Source of the DNA: Treponema sp.
GTDB lineage: Bacteria; Spirochaetota; Spirochaetia; Treponematales; Breznakiellaceae
Assembly: GCA_031256445.1 (NCBI GenBank)
Contig: JAIRQN010000107.1
Span: 10,401 to 74,400 of the forward strand
Reading direction: 5' to 3'
DNA length: 64,000 nucleotides
The notes beneath the pieces were generated by a model. That model was not told the DNA's origin. It saw nothing but the letters and a program-made list of their open reading frames with translations, and searched no databases. This document shows positions 28,657-36,859 of the stretch, one piece after another. Numbering within the stretch: the first letter of the stretch is position 1; each line of letters opens with the position of its first letter. The position numbers and the translations under genes were made by a program.

Positions 28657-29451
28657 ATGAAAGTTCTGGCTGCTTTTTTGCTCTTTTTCGCGTTTTTATC
28701 CGCCGGGTACGCGGATCAGCTTGAAAACCTGACAGGCAGCGCGTCATTGCTGCGCTCCGGAGAAACAGTTACCGAGACACAACTTGACTTTTCCGCTCGT
28801 TCAGCAGGCGCGGCGCTAAAATTACTGCCCGCTCATGCCGGGCTTGCCGGGTTTGTTTCCGCTGTTATTTCCGATCTTCAGCCTTCAATCGCCGTTGAAA
28901 CGCTCAGTCTGTATAAAAAACCCGGCTCTTCCGGCATCGCGTGGGAAGCACAAGAGCGTTCCGGTCTTTTTAACCAGATACTGGCTATAAGCACCCTGAC
29001 CGGTATTCAGTATTATTCTACCACACGCAATTCAATGAGGACTTTATATGAATTTTCCGCTGTTATTGACGGACCGCAAACCAGAAAAATACTGCCTGAT
29101 CCTGTATTTCAACAGCCGCCGCAGTCGCTTACGCTGTACGCAAGACAGAAAGATCTTACTTTTGGAGATAATGTCTACCGTTTTGATTTTGAAACATTCA
29201 ATGACGCTTTTTTCTTCCTCCAGGAGAACATTACAGCTTTAAATTATGGTATAATTCCGGCAGTGGGAAAGAACAAATTGCGGACAGTAATGGCAGTTAT
29301 TGACTGCGGCGATTCCCTGCTTGTTTACGCGCTTTCCATGGCAAAAGCGGCTTCTTTTCCCGGTATGAATGACAGGGTAAGCAATTCTTTCCGTACAAGG
29401 GCGGAGGCGGTGCTTGGATGGTTTGCCGGCAGAGCCAAAAATGTTTATTAA
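28657..29451 (+). CDS. Secreted protein of unknown function
   Basis: The ATG immediately follows the jag stop. Signal peptide MKVLAAFLLFFAFLSAGYA. No recognisable motif. Confidence 0.5.
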   Translation: MKVLAAFLLFFAFLSAGYADQLENLTGSASLLRSGETVTETQLDFSARSAGAALKLLPAHAGLAGFVSAVISDLQPSIAVETLSLYKKPGSSGIAWEAQERSGLFNQILAISTLTGIQYYSTTRNSMRTLYEFSAVIDGPQTRKILPDPVFQQPPQSLTLYARQKDLTFGDNVYRFDFETFNDAFFFLQENITALNYGIIPAVGKNKLRTVMAVIDCGDSLLVYALSMAKAASFPGMNDRVSNSFRTRAEAVLGWFAGRAKNVY

Positions 29452-29551
29452 TCAGATGTACTTTATTATTTATTAGTTATGGTTTATAATTGAGAATATA
29501 CCGGAATATGCCGAAATTCTGGTAAGGATTTGCTTTAAGGATGGTAAAATT

Positions 29552-30457
29552 ATGAGGTTAATGACCAGATCTGATTTTGACGGCTTGGCTTGCGGAGCGC
29601 TTTTGTCGTATTTAGGCTTGATTGATGAATGGAAATTTGTTCATCCCAAGGATATTCAGGATGGTATGGTAGAAGCCAATGATAACGATATTCTTGCAAA
29701 CATACCTTATGTAAAAGGCTGTAAACTCTGGTTTGATCATCATTCCAGCGAGTCCGAGCGGCTGGGTAATAATGTTTATTTTGAAGGAGTGTCAAAACTT
29801 GCTCCAAGCTGCGCAAGGGTTGTTTATGAATATTACGGCGGGGATTCAAAACTTGGCCGTTTCGCGGAGATGATTCATTATGTGGATAAGGTGGATTCCG
29901 GAAATCTGACCCAGGATGAAATTCTTAATCCGGGCGGATGGGTTCTTTTGGGATTTATTATGGATCCGCGCACCGGCCTTGGCCGTTTCAGGAATTTCAC
30001 AATCAGCAATTACGATTTAATGAAGGACCTGGCCAAAGCGTGCTCAGAGATGTCTATTGAAAATATTCTTGGGATACCTGATGTTAAAGAACGCGTGAAT
30101 TTATATTATCAGCAGGCGGCCCTTTTTACAGAAATGGTTAAACAATACGCCAAGCCAGAGGGAAATATTTTGGTTGTAGATTTGCGTGATGTAGATACCA
30201 TTTATGCCGGCAACCGTTTTCTTATATATACGCTTTATCCTGAGCAGAATATTTCAATCTGGATTGTAGACGGCCGCAACAAGGCAAATGTCGCCATTAC
30301 TGTCGGATACAGCATTATAAACCGGACAGCGACTGCGGATGTCGGCTCTATTCTGTTAAGTTACGGCGGCGGCGGACACCGGCAGGTAGGCACCTGTCAG
30401 GCTACCTGCGAAGACGCCGACAGAATTATATCCGAAATTATCGAAAAGGTTAAATAA
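29552..30457 (+). CDS. DHH-superfamily phosphoesterase-like protein (COG2404-like)
   Basis: N-terminal TRSDFDGLACGALL and a FDHH motif. Family assignment is from memory of DHH phosphohydrolases. Confidence 0.5.
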   Translation: MRLMTRSDFDGLACGALLSYLGLIDEWKFVHPKDIQDGMVEANDNDILANIPYVKGCKLWFDHHSSESERLGNNVYFEGVSKLAPSCARVVYEYYGGDSKLGRFAEMIHYVDKVDSGNLTQDEILNPGGWVLLGFIMDPRTGLGRFRNFTISNYDLMKDLAKACSEMSIENILGIPDVKERVNLYYQQAALFTEMVKQYAKPEGNILVVDLRDVDTIYAGNRFLIYTLYPEQNISIWIVDGRNKANVAITVGYSIINRTATADVGSILLSYGGGGHRQVGTCQATCEDADRIISEIIEKVK

Positions 30458-30471
30458 AACCTAAAGGCCCG

Positions 30472-33400
30472 CTACTCAACTGTAAATACCGCGCCGCTTA
30501 AATTTCTTGCAAGGCTGTAACATTCATCCCGTGTTGTTTTGCGTAACGGAAATGTATATGATAACGAACTCGCCGGATTCGCCGAACCCGCCGAGTCAAT
30601 GAGTTCGCAGGAAACTGAATCTCCGTTGACGCTGATGTTTAGAACATATCTTGCATCCTCTCCGGCGGCGTTTTCAAAACCCGCTTTTAAAAGCCCTTTC
30701 ATAATGTATTTTTTGGCTCTTGCCGCGTCTTTGTCTGTTCCCGCGCCCGGCGCTTTAACTGAAATTACAATATTGACCGGCAGCTTTAAACCCGCCTGCC
30801 GCAGAGCGCCGCGGTTGAGCGCAAAAAGTTCTTCGCTGTTTGAAAGTTCGCTGTGACAGCGGGAAATTAATTCTCTTTCCCATAACGGATCAAAGCCGCG
30901 CAGCGCTTCCCGCACAAGGTTTTTATTGCCCGAAATTATGCCTTCTTCCAGATTGTAGGAGGGAACTGCGGCAGGAATAAGCGATGTTTCAAATTCGCGG
31001 GATACCTTCAGGTAGGCAGCAGCGCGCCGCGGGTAGGCCTGAAACGCGTTACTGTAATTTACGTAAGCGCCCTGATGAAGATCGCTTTTTTCCCCTGCGG
31101 CGTAGGAATTCGCCGAGGCAAGGCAGTATTTGCGGTACAGGCGGATGTTTACTTCGTATTTTAATTTATATGTAATAAGCCTTAAAAGCGAAAATATTTT
31201 TTCATGCAGCTTTGCCCGCGGCGCAAGAAGCTCAATTTCAGCTAACCCGGAATATGTGTTGGCAAGAATTTCATGAATGTCTCTTTTGTAACGGTCTGTA
31301 TCAATGCCGTAATACAGCATCCATGAATTGTCGCTGTTTTTAAGGCAGTCTTCGGCATAAAGACGCGCCGCTTCCAGCTTTCCCGATATCTGATAGATCT
31401 GAGCCAGATTTATTTTGGACAGCGGAGAAGTGTCGGTTTCATAAGCCGCTTCGTATTCACTTTGCGATTTTTCAATTTCCAGCCGGCGTTTTAAAAGTTC
31501 GCCTTTGGCAAGCCTTCCTGAGTGACGGCTATAATAATCCAGAGATGAGTTAATTGCTTCCATGCAAAGGTCGTAATGGTAAAAACGGGATTCCAGAATT
31601 GAAAGATTATAATAGGCTACGGCGGTAAAATCATTATCCTGTGTTCTTTCGCTTAACGAAATTGCGTTTAAATACCAATATTTGCTTTTTTCATAATCAT
31701 ACATATCCGAATATATGGTTCCCAGAGTCATGGATAAATCCGCATCATCGGGGAATTGTTCAATCGCCGATAAAAGCAGTTTCTCTCCGTCTGCAAGCCG
31801 GTGGACTTTAAAATACATCCATCCCAGGCTGCCGGCTGCTGACGCGTTATCGCTGTCCAGTTCCAGAACGCGCTCGTAATAATCGACAGAAACAGAATCG
31901 CGGTTCATGCGCCCCGCCGTTCTTGCCATCCTTGCAAGAAGATTCGGCTTTGTTCGATCAAGTTCTTCCGCTTTTCTGTACTCATCCCACGCAAGCGTGA
32001 AAAGGGATTTCTCATAGTAAAGATCCCCCAATGCCCAGGGGAAACGAATATCCAGCGGGAAACGGGACATGCCCTCATTGTAGAGTTCAACCGCCCTGTC
32101 CCACAATTCCGCGTAATCGGCGTCGAGCGCTTTGTCAAAAAGCTCATCAGCGGAAACGCTTTCGGCTGCCTGCTGATTTTCACTTTGCGCGCCGGAATCG
32201 CTTTCCTGCGCTTCTGTTTGCGGGTTCAGCATGCAAATGAAAATCGCAATAAACAGCGCGGGACGCATACCGCGCTGTTTCAGCATGACAGCCAACGGAG
32301 GCAGAATCCATGCGATGATACGCCGCGGCAGGGACACTTCTCTTTTATACGAAGCGCGGAAGATCCTGTAATTGTTCCATTGTTCTTCCGTGCCGGCATC
32401 TGAATATTCCGGGGCGAAGCGCGCCGCCGCCGCCTGCTGATACATCTGATAGATGCCGTTGAATCTGCCGTTCATCTGAAGGGCCCATTGCGGTTCCGGC
32501 AGAAAGACGCGGTGAAAACCGGCTAAACGCAGGCGGCGGCAGGCGTGTTTCATAAGCAGGATAGAACGCCTGCGCGCACCTGCAGGATGCGCCGCTCCTG
32601 TAGGATGCGCCGTTCCTGCCGGATGCGAATCCCGCGTAAGTAATACCGAAAGGTAGATGCCGCAGCGGATATACAGAAACAGAATGACTACAGCGGCTGC
32701 CAGAATATAAGGCCAGTAAAATTTCAACGCTGAAAGTACGTTACGTGTAAATGACAGCATGGCGGAATCCTGCGGCGTTTCATTTTCCGGCGCACTTTCT
32801 TTTGCTTTCATTTTTGAACGGTTTTCAAAAATCTCCCTCATTAGTTTTTCAAAGAGCGCAGGGTCCATTCCCGAAGAAAACCGGAATTCTTCGCCCGCGG
32901 CGGGTTCCTGCGAAGTTGGATCGAATTCGATCCAGCCGTGTTGAGGGAAAGCTACTTCTGTCCATGCGTGCGCCATGTCAGCGCGTACCGGGTAATAGTC
33001 AAAAACGCCTGTTTCGGGGTCTACAAAGAAGCCGGCGGCTACGCGGGCGGGAATTCCAAGAGAGCGAAGGAGCAGGGTAAACGCGAACGCGTAATAGGTG
33101 CAATAGCCTTTTTTTGTTTTAAAAAGAAATAACCCAAGCTGATCTCCGTTAGAGGCGATGCCTGGTTTTAAACTGTAACGGTAATCGCCGTATTTTAAAT
33201 AGTGATAAACAGCGGAGATTTTTTCCGCATAATTATTTAAACCGCCGGTTATTTCTTCGGCAAGCAGGCGAATCCGCTCGTCATTTCCGTATTCGGTATA
33301 TATTTTATATTCACTTTCGCTCATACCGAATGTTTCCGGCGGCTGGACGTTTCCATATGTCTGAAAAAGATCTTCATAATCCGCGCTGCTTACAAGGCTT

Positions 33401-34536
33401 TCCACAGCATATGCCGATTTAAAAGATGAGGAGTCCCAATTTTCGTATGGGATCACGGATACCGGCTCTTTCATTCCTATAAAAGAAGACGGATCGATAT
33501 TAATCAAAAAATATTCCTGGAACGAATAACGCCCCTTGTTGAAAAACGCTGAATATTTCGCCGCAAGATCCGGCGGAATAAAGGACGCCTGACGCGCGGG
33601 AAGACGCGGGGGATGATTTTTCTCGTCAAATTCTTCTATGGGATAAAACCCCTGTTTGCGGTTGTAGCCGGAAATTACTACCTGCCGCAGCAGAATATTT
33701 TCGTCGTCCTCTTTTTTTACAATGAAGAGCAGATCGTTCTTCATTGATATTTCGGAATCAAGTTTCGGAAATCTTGAAAAACCAAAGTTGAAAAATTTTG
33801 GTTCCAGAAAACCGCCGCCCATTTTTACAGCCTGTTCCTGTATGGGCCTTAAAAATAAATATCCGCCCGCGCTGATAATTACCGCAAGAAGCGCGGCGGA
33901 AAAAATAATTTCCGTTTTTCGCAGCCGCGTCTGCTGCGGCGCGGAAAAGATCAGCGCGGACGCCTGTAAAAAAACAACTGCCGCGAACACCGCAATCATG
34001 ATTACCGGCCAGCGGTAAATATCTATGTTCGCGGTGCGCGCCGCGCTGTAAATAAATAAAAGAAACGCCGCGTCCGCGATAACGCAGGCCCTGAGGACTT
34101 TCCGTCCGCCGCGCGAGCTCAGGCAGAACCATGTTGTTACCGCGCTCCAGTAGTACGGAAAGAGCGAAACAAAATTATTTCTGTCCAGGTTAAGCAAAAG
34201 CGAGTCAAAAATTATCGCGGAAGATCCCGCGTTATCGGAAATAAAAAACCCCGGAACAGCGATAAAAGCCCTTGCCATCCAGGGGATCAGTCCGATTGAA
34301 ACGACTGCCGTCAGGTGATATATCAGCGGAAGGCCGCGGTTTGCGCCATGGCTTCTGCCGAATTTGCCGCAGACTGAGGAAAGAAAAACAGCAGAAACAA
34401 AACCGGCGAGCAGGGAAGCGGTAAAAACCGGAGTGTCGCTAAGGTCTGCGGCGATGAGTCTGATTTGGTACATTATGATGAACAGCGCGCAGGAGCGGAG
34501 AATAACCGCGCTGTGAAAAGATGCGTTCTTTTTCAT
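30472..34536 (-). CDS. TgpA-like membrane transglutaminase fused to a long C-terminal TPR region
   Basis: Multi-TM N-terminus. Transglutaminase core GYCTYYAFAF (Cys)...AHAWTEV (His)...FDPT (Asp). A further TM segment, then more than 500 aa of TPR-like helical repeats. The likely ATG at 34536 (MKKNASF) overlaps the DUF58 stop (TAATG). Confidence 0.8.
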   Translation of the reverse strand: MKKNASFHSAVILRSCALFIIMYQIRLIAADLSDTPVFTASLLAGFVSAVFLSSVCGKFGRSHGANRGLPLIYHLTAVVSIGLIPWMARAFIAVPGFFISDNAGSSAIIFDSLLLNLDRNNFVSLFPYYWSAVTTWFCLSSRGGRKVLRACVIADAAFLLFIYSAARTANIDIYRWPVIMIAVFAAVVFLQASALIFSAPQQTRLRKTEIIFSAALLAVIISAGGYLFLRPIQEQAVKMGGGFLEPKFFNFGFSRFPKLDSEISMKNDLLFIVKKEDDENILLRQVVISGYNRKQGFYPIEEFDEKNHPPRLPARQASFIPPDLAAKYSAFFNKGRYSFQEYFLINIDPSSFIGMKEPVSVIPYENWDSSSFKSAYAVESLVSSADYEDLFQTYGNVQPPETFGMSESEYKIYTEYGNDERIRLLAEEITGGLNNYAEKISAVYHYLKYGDYRYSLKPGIASNGDQLGLFLFKTKKGYCTYYAFAFTLLLRSLGIPARVAAGFFVDPETGVFDYYPVRADMAHAWTEVAFPQHGWIEFDPTSQEPAAGEEFRFSSGMDPALFEKLMREIFENRSKMKAKESAPENETPQDSAMLSFTRNVLSALKFYWPYILAAAVVILFLYIRCGIYLSVLLTRDSHPAGTAHPTGAAHPAGARRRSILLMKHACRRLRLAGFHRVFLPEPQWALQMNGRFNGIYQMYQQAAAARFAPEYSDAGTEEQWNNYRIFRASYKREVSLPRRIIAWILPPLAVMLKQRGMRPALFIAIFICMLNPQTEAQESDSGAQSENQQAAESVSADELFDKALDADYAELWDRAVELYNEGMSRFPLDIRFPWALGDLYYEKSLFTLAWDEYRKAEELDRTKPNLLARMARTAGRMNRDSVSVDYYERVLELDSDNASAAGSLGWMYFKVHRLADGEKLLLSAIEQFPDDADLSMTLGTIYSDMYDYEKSKYWYLNAISLSERTQDNDFTAVAYYNLSILESRFYHYDLCMEAINSSLDYYSRHSGRLAKGELLKRRLEIEKSQSEYEAAYETDTSPLSKINLAQIYQISGKLEAARLYAEDCLKNSDNSWMLYYGIDTDRYKRDIHEILANTYSGLAEIELLAPRAKLHEKIFSLLRLITYKLKYEVNIRLYRKYCLASANSYAAGEKSDLHQGAYVNYSNAFQAYPRRAAAYLKVSREFETSLIPAAVPSYNLEEGIISGNKNLVREALRGFDPLWERELISRCHSELSNSEELFALNRGALRQAGLKLPVNIVISVKAPGAGTDKDAARAKKYIMKGLLKAGFENAAGEDARYVLNISVNGDSVSCELIDSAGSANPASSLSYTFPLRKTTRDECYSLARNLSGAVFTVE
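32579..32632 (-). repeat. In-frame 18-nt x3 imperfect tandem repeat inside the transglutaminase gene
   Basis: CCTGCAGGATGCGCCGCT / CCTGTAGGATGCGCCGTT / CCTGCCGGATGCGAATCC (16/18 and about 13/18 identity), encoding HPAGTA-HPTGAA-HPAGAR. Confidence 0.85.
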
Positions 34537-35855
34537 TACAGCGCTCCTTCGGGAATCCGCCGGATTCTGGCTGTCACTCCCGGACGCTGGCTGTAAAGTG
34601 AAACGCATGCGGCGGCGGCTTCAGCGCGCTCTATTGCGCGTTTATCATCCGCGTCATAAATAAAAAATAGTTCAATCGGACGGTTAACGTTCTTTGCCAG
34701 CCATCTGTCCAGTGCGCTTTCATACGCGGCGCACAGATGCGCAGTCTGTGATGTTAACCTTGGCAGAGCGAGTATGATGACGGCATGCTGCGGCGCCGCT
34801 GACGGCAAGTCCGCTGAATGAGACATCCGCATCGCCCAGGGATGAGCCAGATAAAACCTCAGTTCAGTTTCTGTTAATGAACTGTCCTCTGTATGCGCGA
34901 TTTCGCGCTCCGGCTGCCCTGTAAAACCAATGCGCACATTTCTTTCCTTGCCGGCGCTGTTGATGATCGCGAGCGCGCATTCGCATAACAAATCAACCGC
35001 TTCAGCCGCCTGTTTTTTATCTGCGGATTTGCGCGCGTAAAGAGAGTCATATTGGGTGTCAATTAAAATTGTAATATTTGATTGAGGCGGCGGCCTGTAT
35101 TCCCCCTGGCGGATAAAAAGATCTCCGCCGTGACCGTACAGTTTCCAGTTGATACGGCGCGGATCATCACCGGGCACATAAGGACGGTGATCTGTAAGGT
35201 CATCCGCGCGCTGCGGAACACCGGTATCATGCCTGTCTGAGCCGCCGCCTTTCGCCTGTACAGTAAAAGACTCCAATGCGGTCAATGGGCTTACAAGAAG
35301 CGCCGCTTCGTTATTCACCTGTGTTTCCCGTATACGCCAGGCAAAGCGGAAAAATCCAAAAATATCAAAAACAGCGAATTCATTGTAATCGCTGGAACCG
35401 CCGCGGCCTGTATAATACGCTCCGCGCTTTATTACCTGGAATGATGTTTGCGTATCATCCGGTCTGAAATCATGAAAGACGCGGCGTCCGTCCCTTGTGT
35501 GAAGCAGAACGCGGCACCGGACAAGAATTCCCGGAAACTGAAAAATCATCCTGTTATGTGAAAACCGGCAAATCGCGTTTATCTGCGCTGCACATCCATG
35601 TGCCGCGCATGTTGTTTTTTGAGGGTTTATACTGAATGAAATTCCGGCCGCAGCGCGGAAGTGCGCAAGAGCCAGCAGCAGAGTCATTAAAAAACAGTAG
35701 AGCCAAATCGCGAGAAAAAACGCGCCTGTCAGCGTAAGCGCCGTTTCTCCCCTGATTGCCGCGGCTGTAAAAGAGAGGATAATTATCAGCATGACAAAAA
35801 TGCCCGTTGTCTTTGGAAAAAAGGCGGCTGTAATTTTTGACGGTTTTTTATCCAT
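34536..35855 (-). CDS. DUF58-family protein (MoxR partner)
   Basis: N-terminal TM pair. DUF58 signature DHRPYVPGDDPRRINWK. Positioned between the MoxR and transglutaminase genes, as in TgpA/Bat-type loci. Confidence 0.8.
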   Translation of the reverse strand: MDKKPSKITAAFFPKTTGIFVMLIIILSFTAAAIRGETALTLTGAFFLAIWLYCFLMTLLLALAHFRAAAGISFSINPQKTTCAAHGCAAQINAICRFSHNRMIFQFPGILVRCRVLLHTRDGRRVFHDFRPDDTQTSFQVIKRGAYYTGRGGSSDYNEFAVFDIFGFFRFAWRIRETQVNNEAALLVSPLTALESFTVQAKGGGSDRHDTGVPQRADDLTDHRPYVPGDDPRRINWKLYGHGGDLFIRQGEYRPPPQSNITILIDTQYDSLYARKSADKKQAAEAVDLLCECALAIINSAGKERNVRIGFTGQPEREIAHTEDSSLTETELRFYLAHPWAMRMSHSADLPSAAPQHAVIILALPRLTSQTAHLCAAYESALDRWLAKNVNRPIELFFIYDADDKRAIERAEAAAACVSLYSQRPGVTARIRRIPEGAL

Positions 35856-35863
35856 CGGTTTTA

Positions 35864-36814
35864 TTATTGTTTTATCTTACTCAGCGTCTCGAGCCTTGCA
35901 AGGCATATTTCCCTGACTAACATCGCGCCGCCTGTCCGCGGATCGCGTAACCTGACGCGGTGCGCAAGCACAGGTTCGCAGAGAAGAGCAAGGTCCTCGT
36001 CAATAACGTAATCCCTTCCCTTTACAAAGGCAAGCGCTTTCGCGGCTCCCAAAAAATGCAGGCCGGCGCGGGGGCTTGCTCCAAGAATGAAACTTTTGTG
36101 AATACGGGTGTCTCTTATAATATCGGCGATTGCTTCTGTCAAAGACTGATGGCAAAAAACCGAAGCGGCGGCTTTTTTGGCAGCATTGAAATCCGTAAGA
36201 CGTATAACAGGCTCCAGTTCAGGCAATCCCAGTTCGGCGGGGTTTTTTTCCAGAATAGCGAGTTCCGCGCCGCGATCCGGGTAGCCGAGAGAAAGCCTCA
36301 TCATGAAACGGTCAAGCTGAGCCGCGGGCAGCGGAAAAGTTCCTTCGCTTTCCGCCGGATTCTGCGTGGCGATGACAAAAAAAGGTTCAGGCGGTTTGTG
36401 CGTATTCTGCCCGATTGTCACCTGCCTTTCCGCCATCACTTCCAGCAGCGCGGACTGAACCTTCGGCGTTGTGCGGTTTATTTCGTCCGCAAGAACAATG
36501 TTCGCGAGCACCGGACCAGGCATAAAACGGAATTTCCGCGTGTTTGGATCGAACACATCAACGCCTGTAATATCGTAGGGAAGAAGATCGGGAGTAAATT
36601 GAATCCTTTTAAATTCAAGGCTCTTTCTGCCGCCGTCAATCAGTTTCGCGAGCGTTTTCGCTACAGTGGTTTTTCCAAGGCCGGGATTATCGTCAATTAA
36701 CACATGTCCGCCCGCTAAAACCGCCGCCATCAGCATTTCAAGAAATTCTTTTTTACCCTTGATGATCCGCGCGGCGCCTTCCAAAAGGGCAGATACAGAC
36801 TCGTTTGGCTTCAT
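35864..36814 (-). CDS. MoxR-family AAA+ ATPase
   Basis: Walker A DNPGLGKT, Walker B LADEINR, and QNPAESEGTFPLPAAQLDRF, which is typical of MoxR. Confidence 0.92.
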   Translation of the reverse strand: MKPNESVSALLEGAARIIKGKKEFLEMLMAAVLAGGHVLIDDNPGLGKTTVAKTLAKLIDGGRKSLEFKRIQFTPDLLPYDITGVDVFDPNTRKFRFMPGPVLANIVLADEINRTTPKVQSALLEVMAERQVTIGQNTHKPPEPFFVIATQNPAESEGTFPLPAAQLDRFMMRLSLGYPDRGAELAILEKNPAELGLPELEPVIRLTDFNAAKKAAASVFCHQSLTEAIADIIRDTRIHKSFILGASPRAGLHFLGAAKALAFVKGRDYVIDEDLALLCEPVLAHRVRLRDPRTGGAMLVREICLARLETLSKIKQ

Positions 36815-36859
36815 TATAAAAAAATTATAACATAAAGAGAATTAGGCAGCTATACGGAA

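Noticed and set aside
33722-34132. Overlapping 98-aa (+) and 124-aa (-) alternative-frame ORFs
   Set aside because: Both lie within the N-terminal membrane domain of the transglutaminase gene, whose frame is continuous and carries the catalytic motifs downstream.
35960-36700. 246-aa plus-strand ORF
   Set aside because: It lies entirely antisense to the well-supported MoxR ATPase gene. Its Arg/Lys/Phe-rich low-complexity translation is typical of a shadow ORF.
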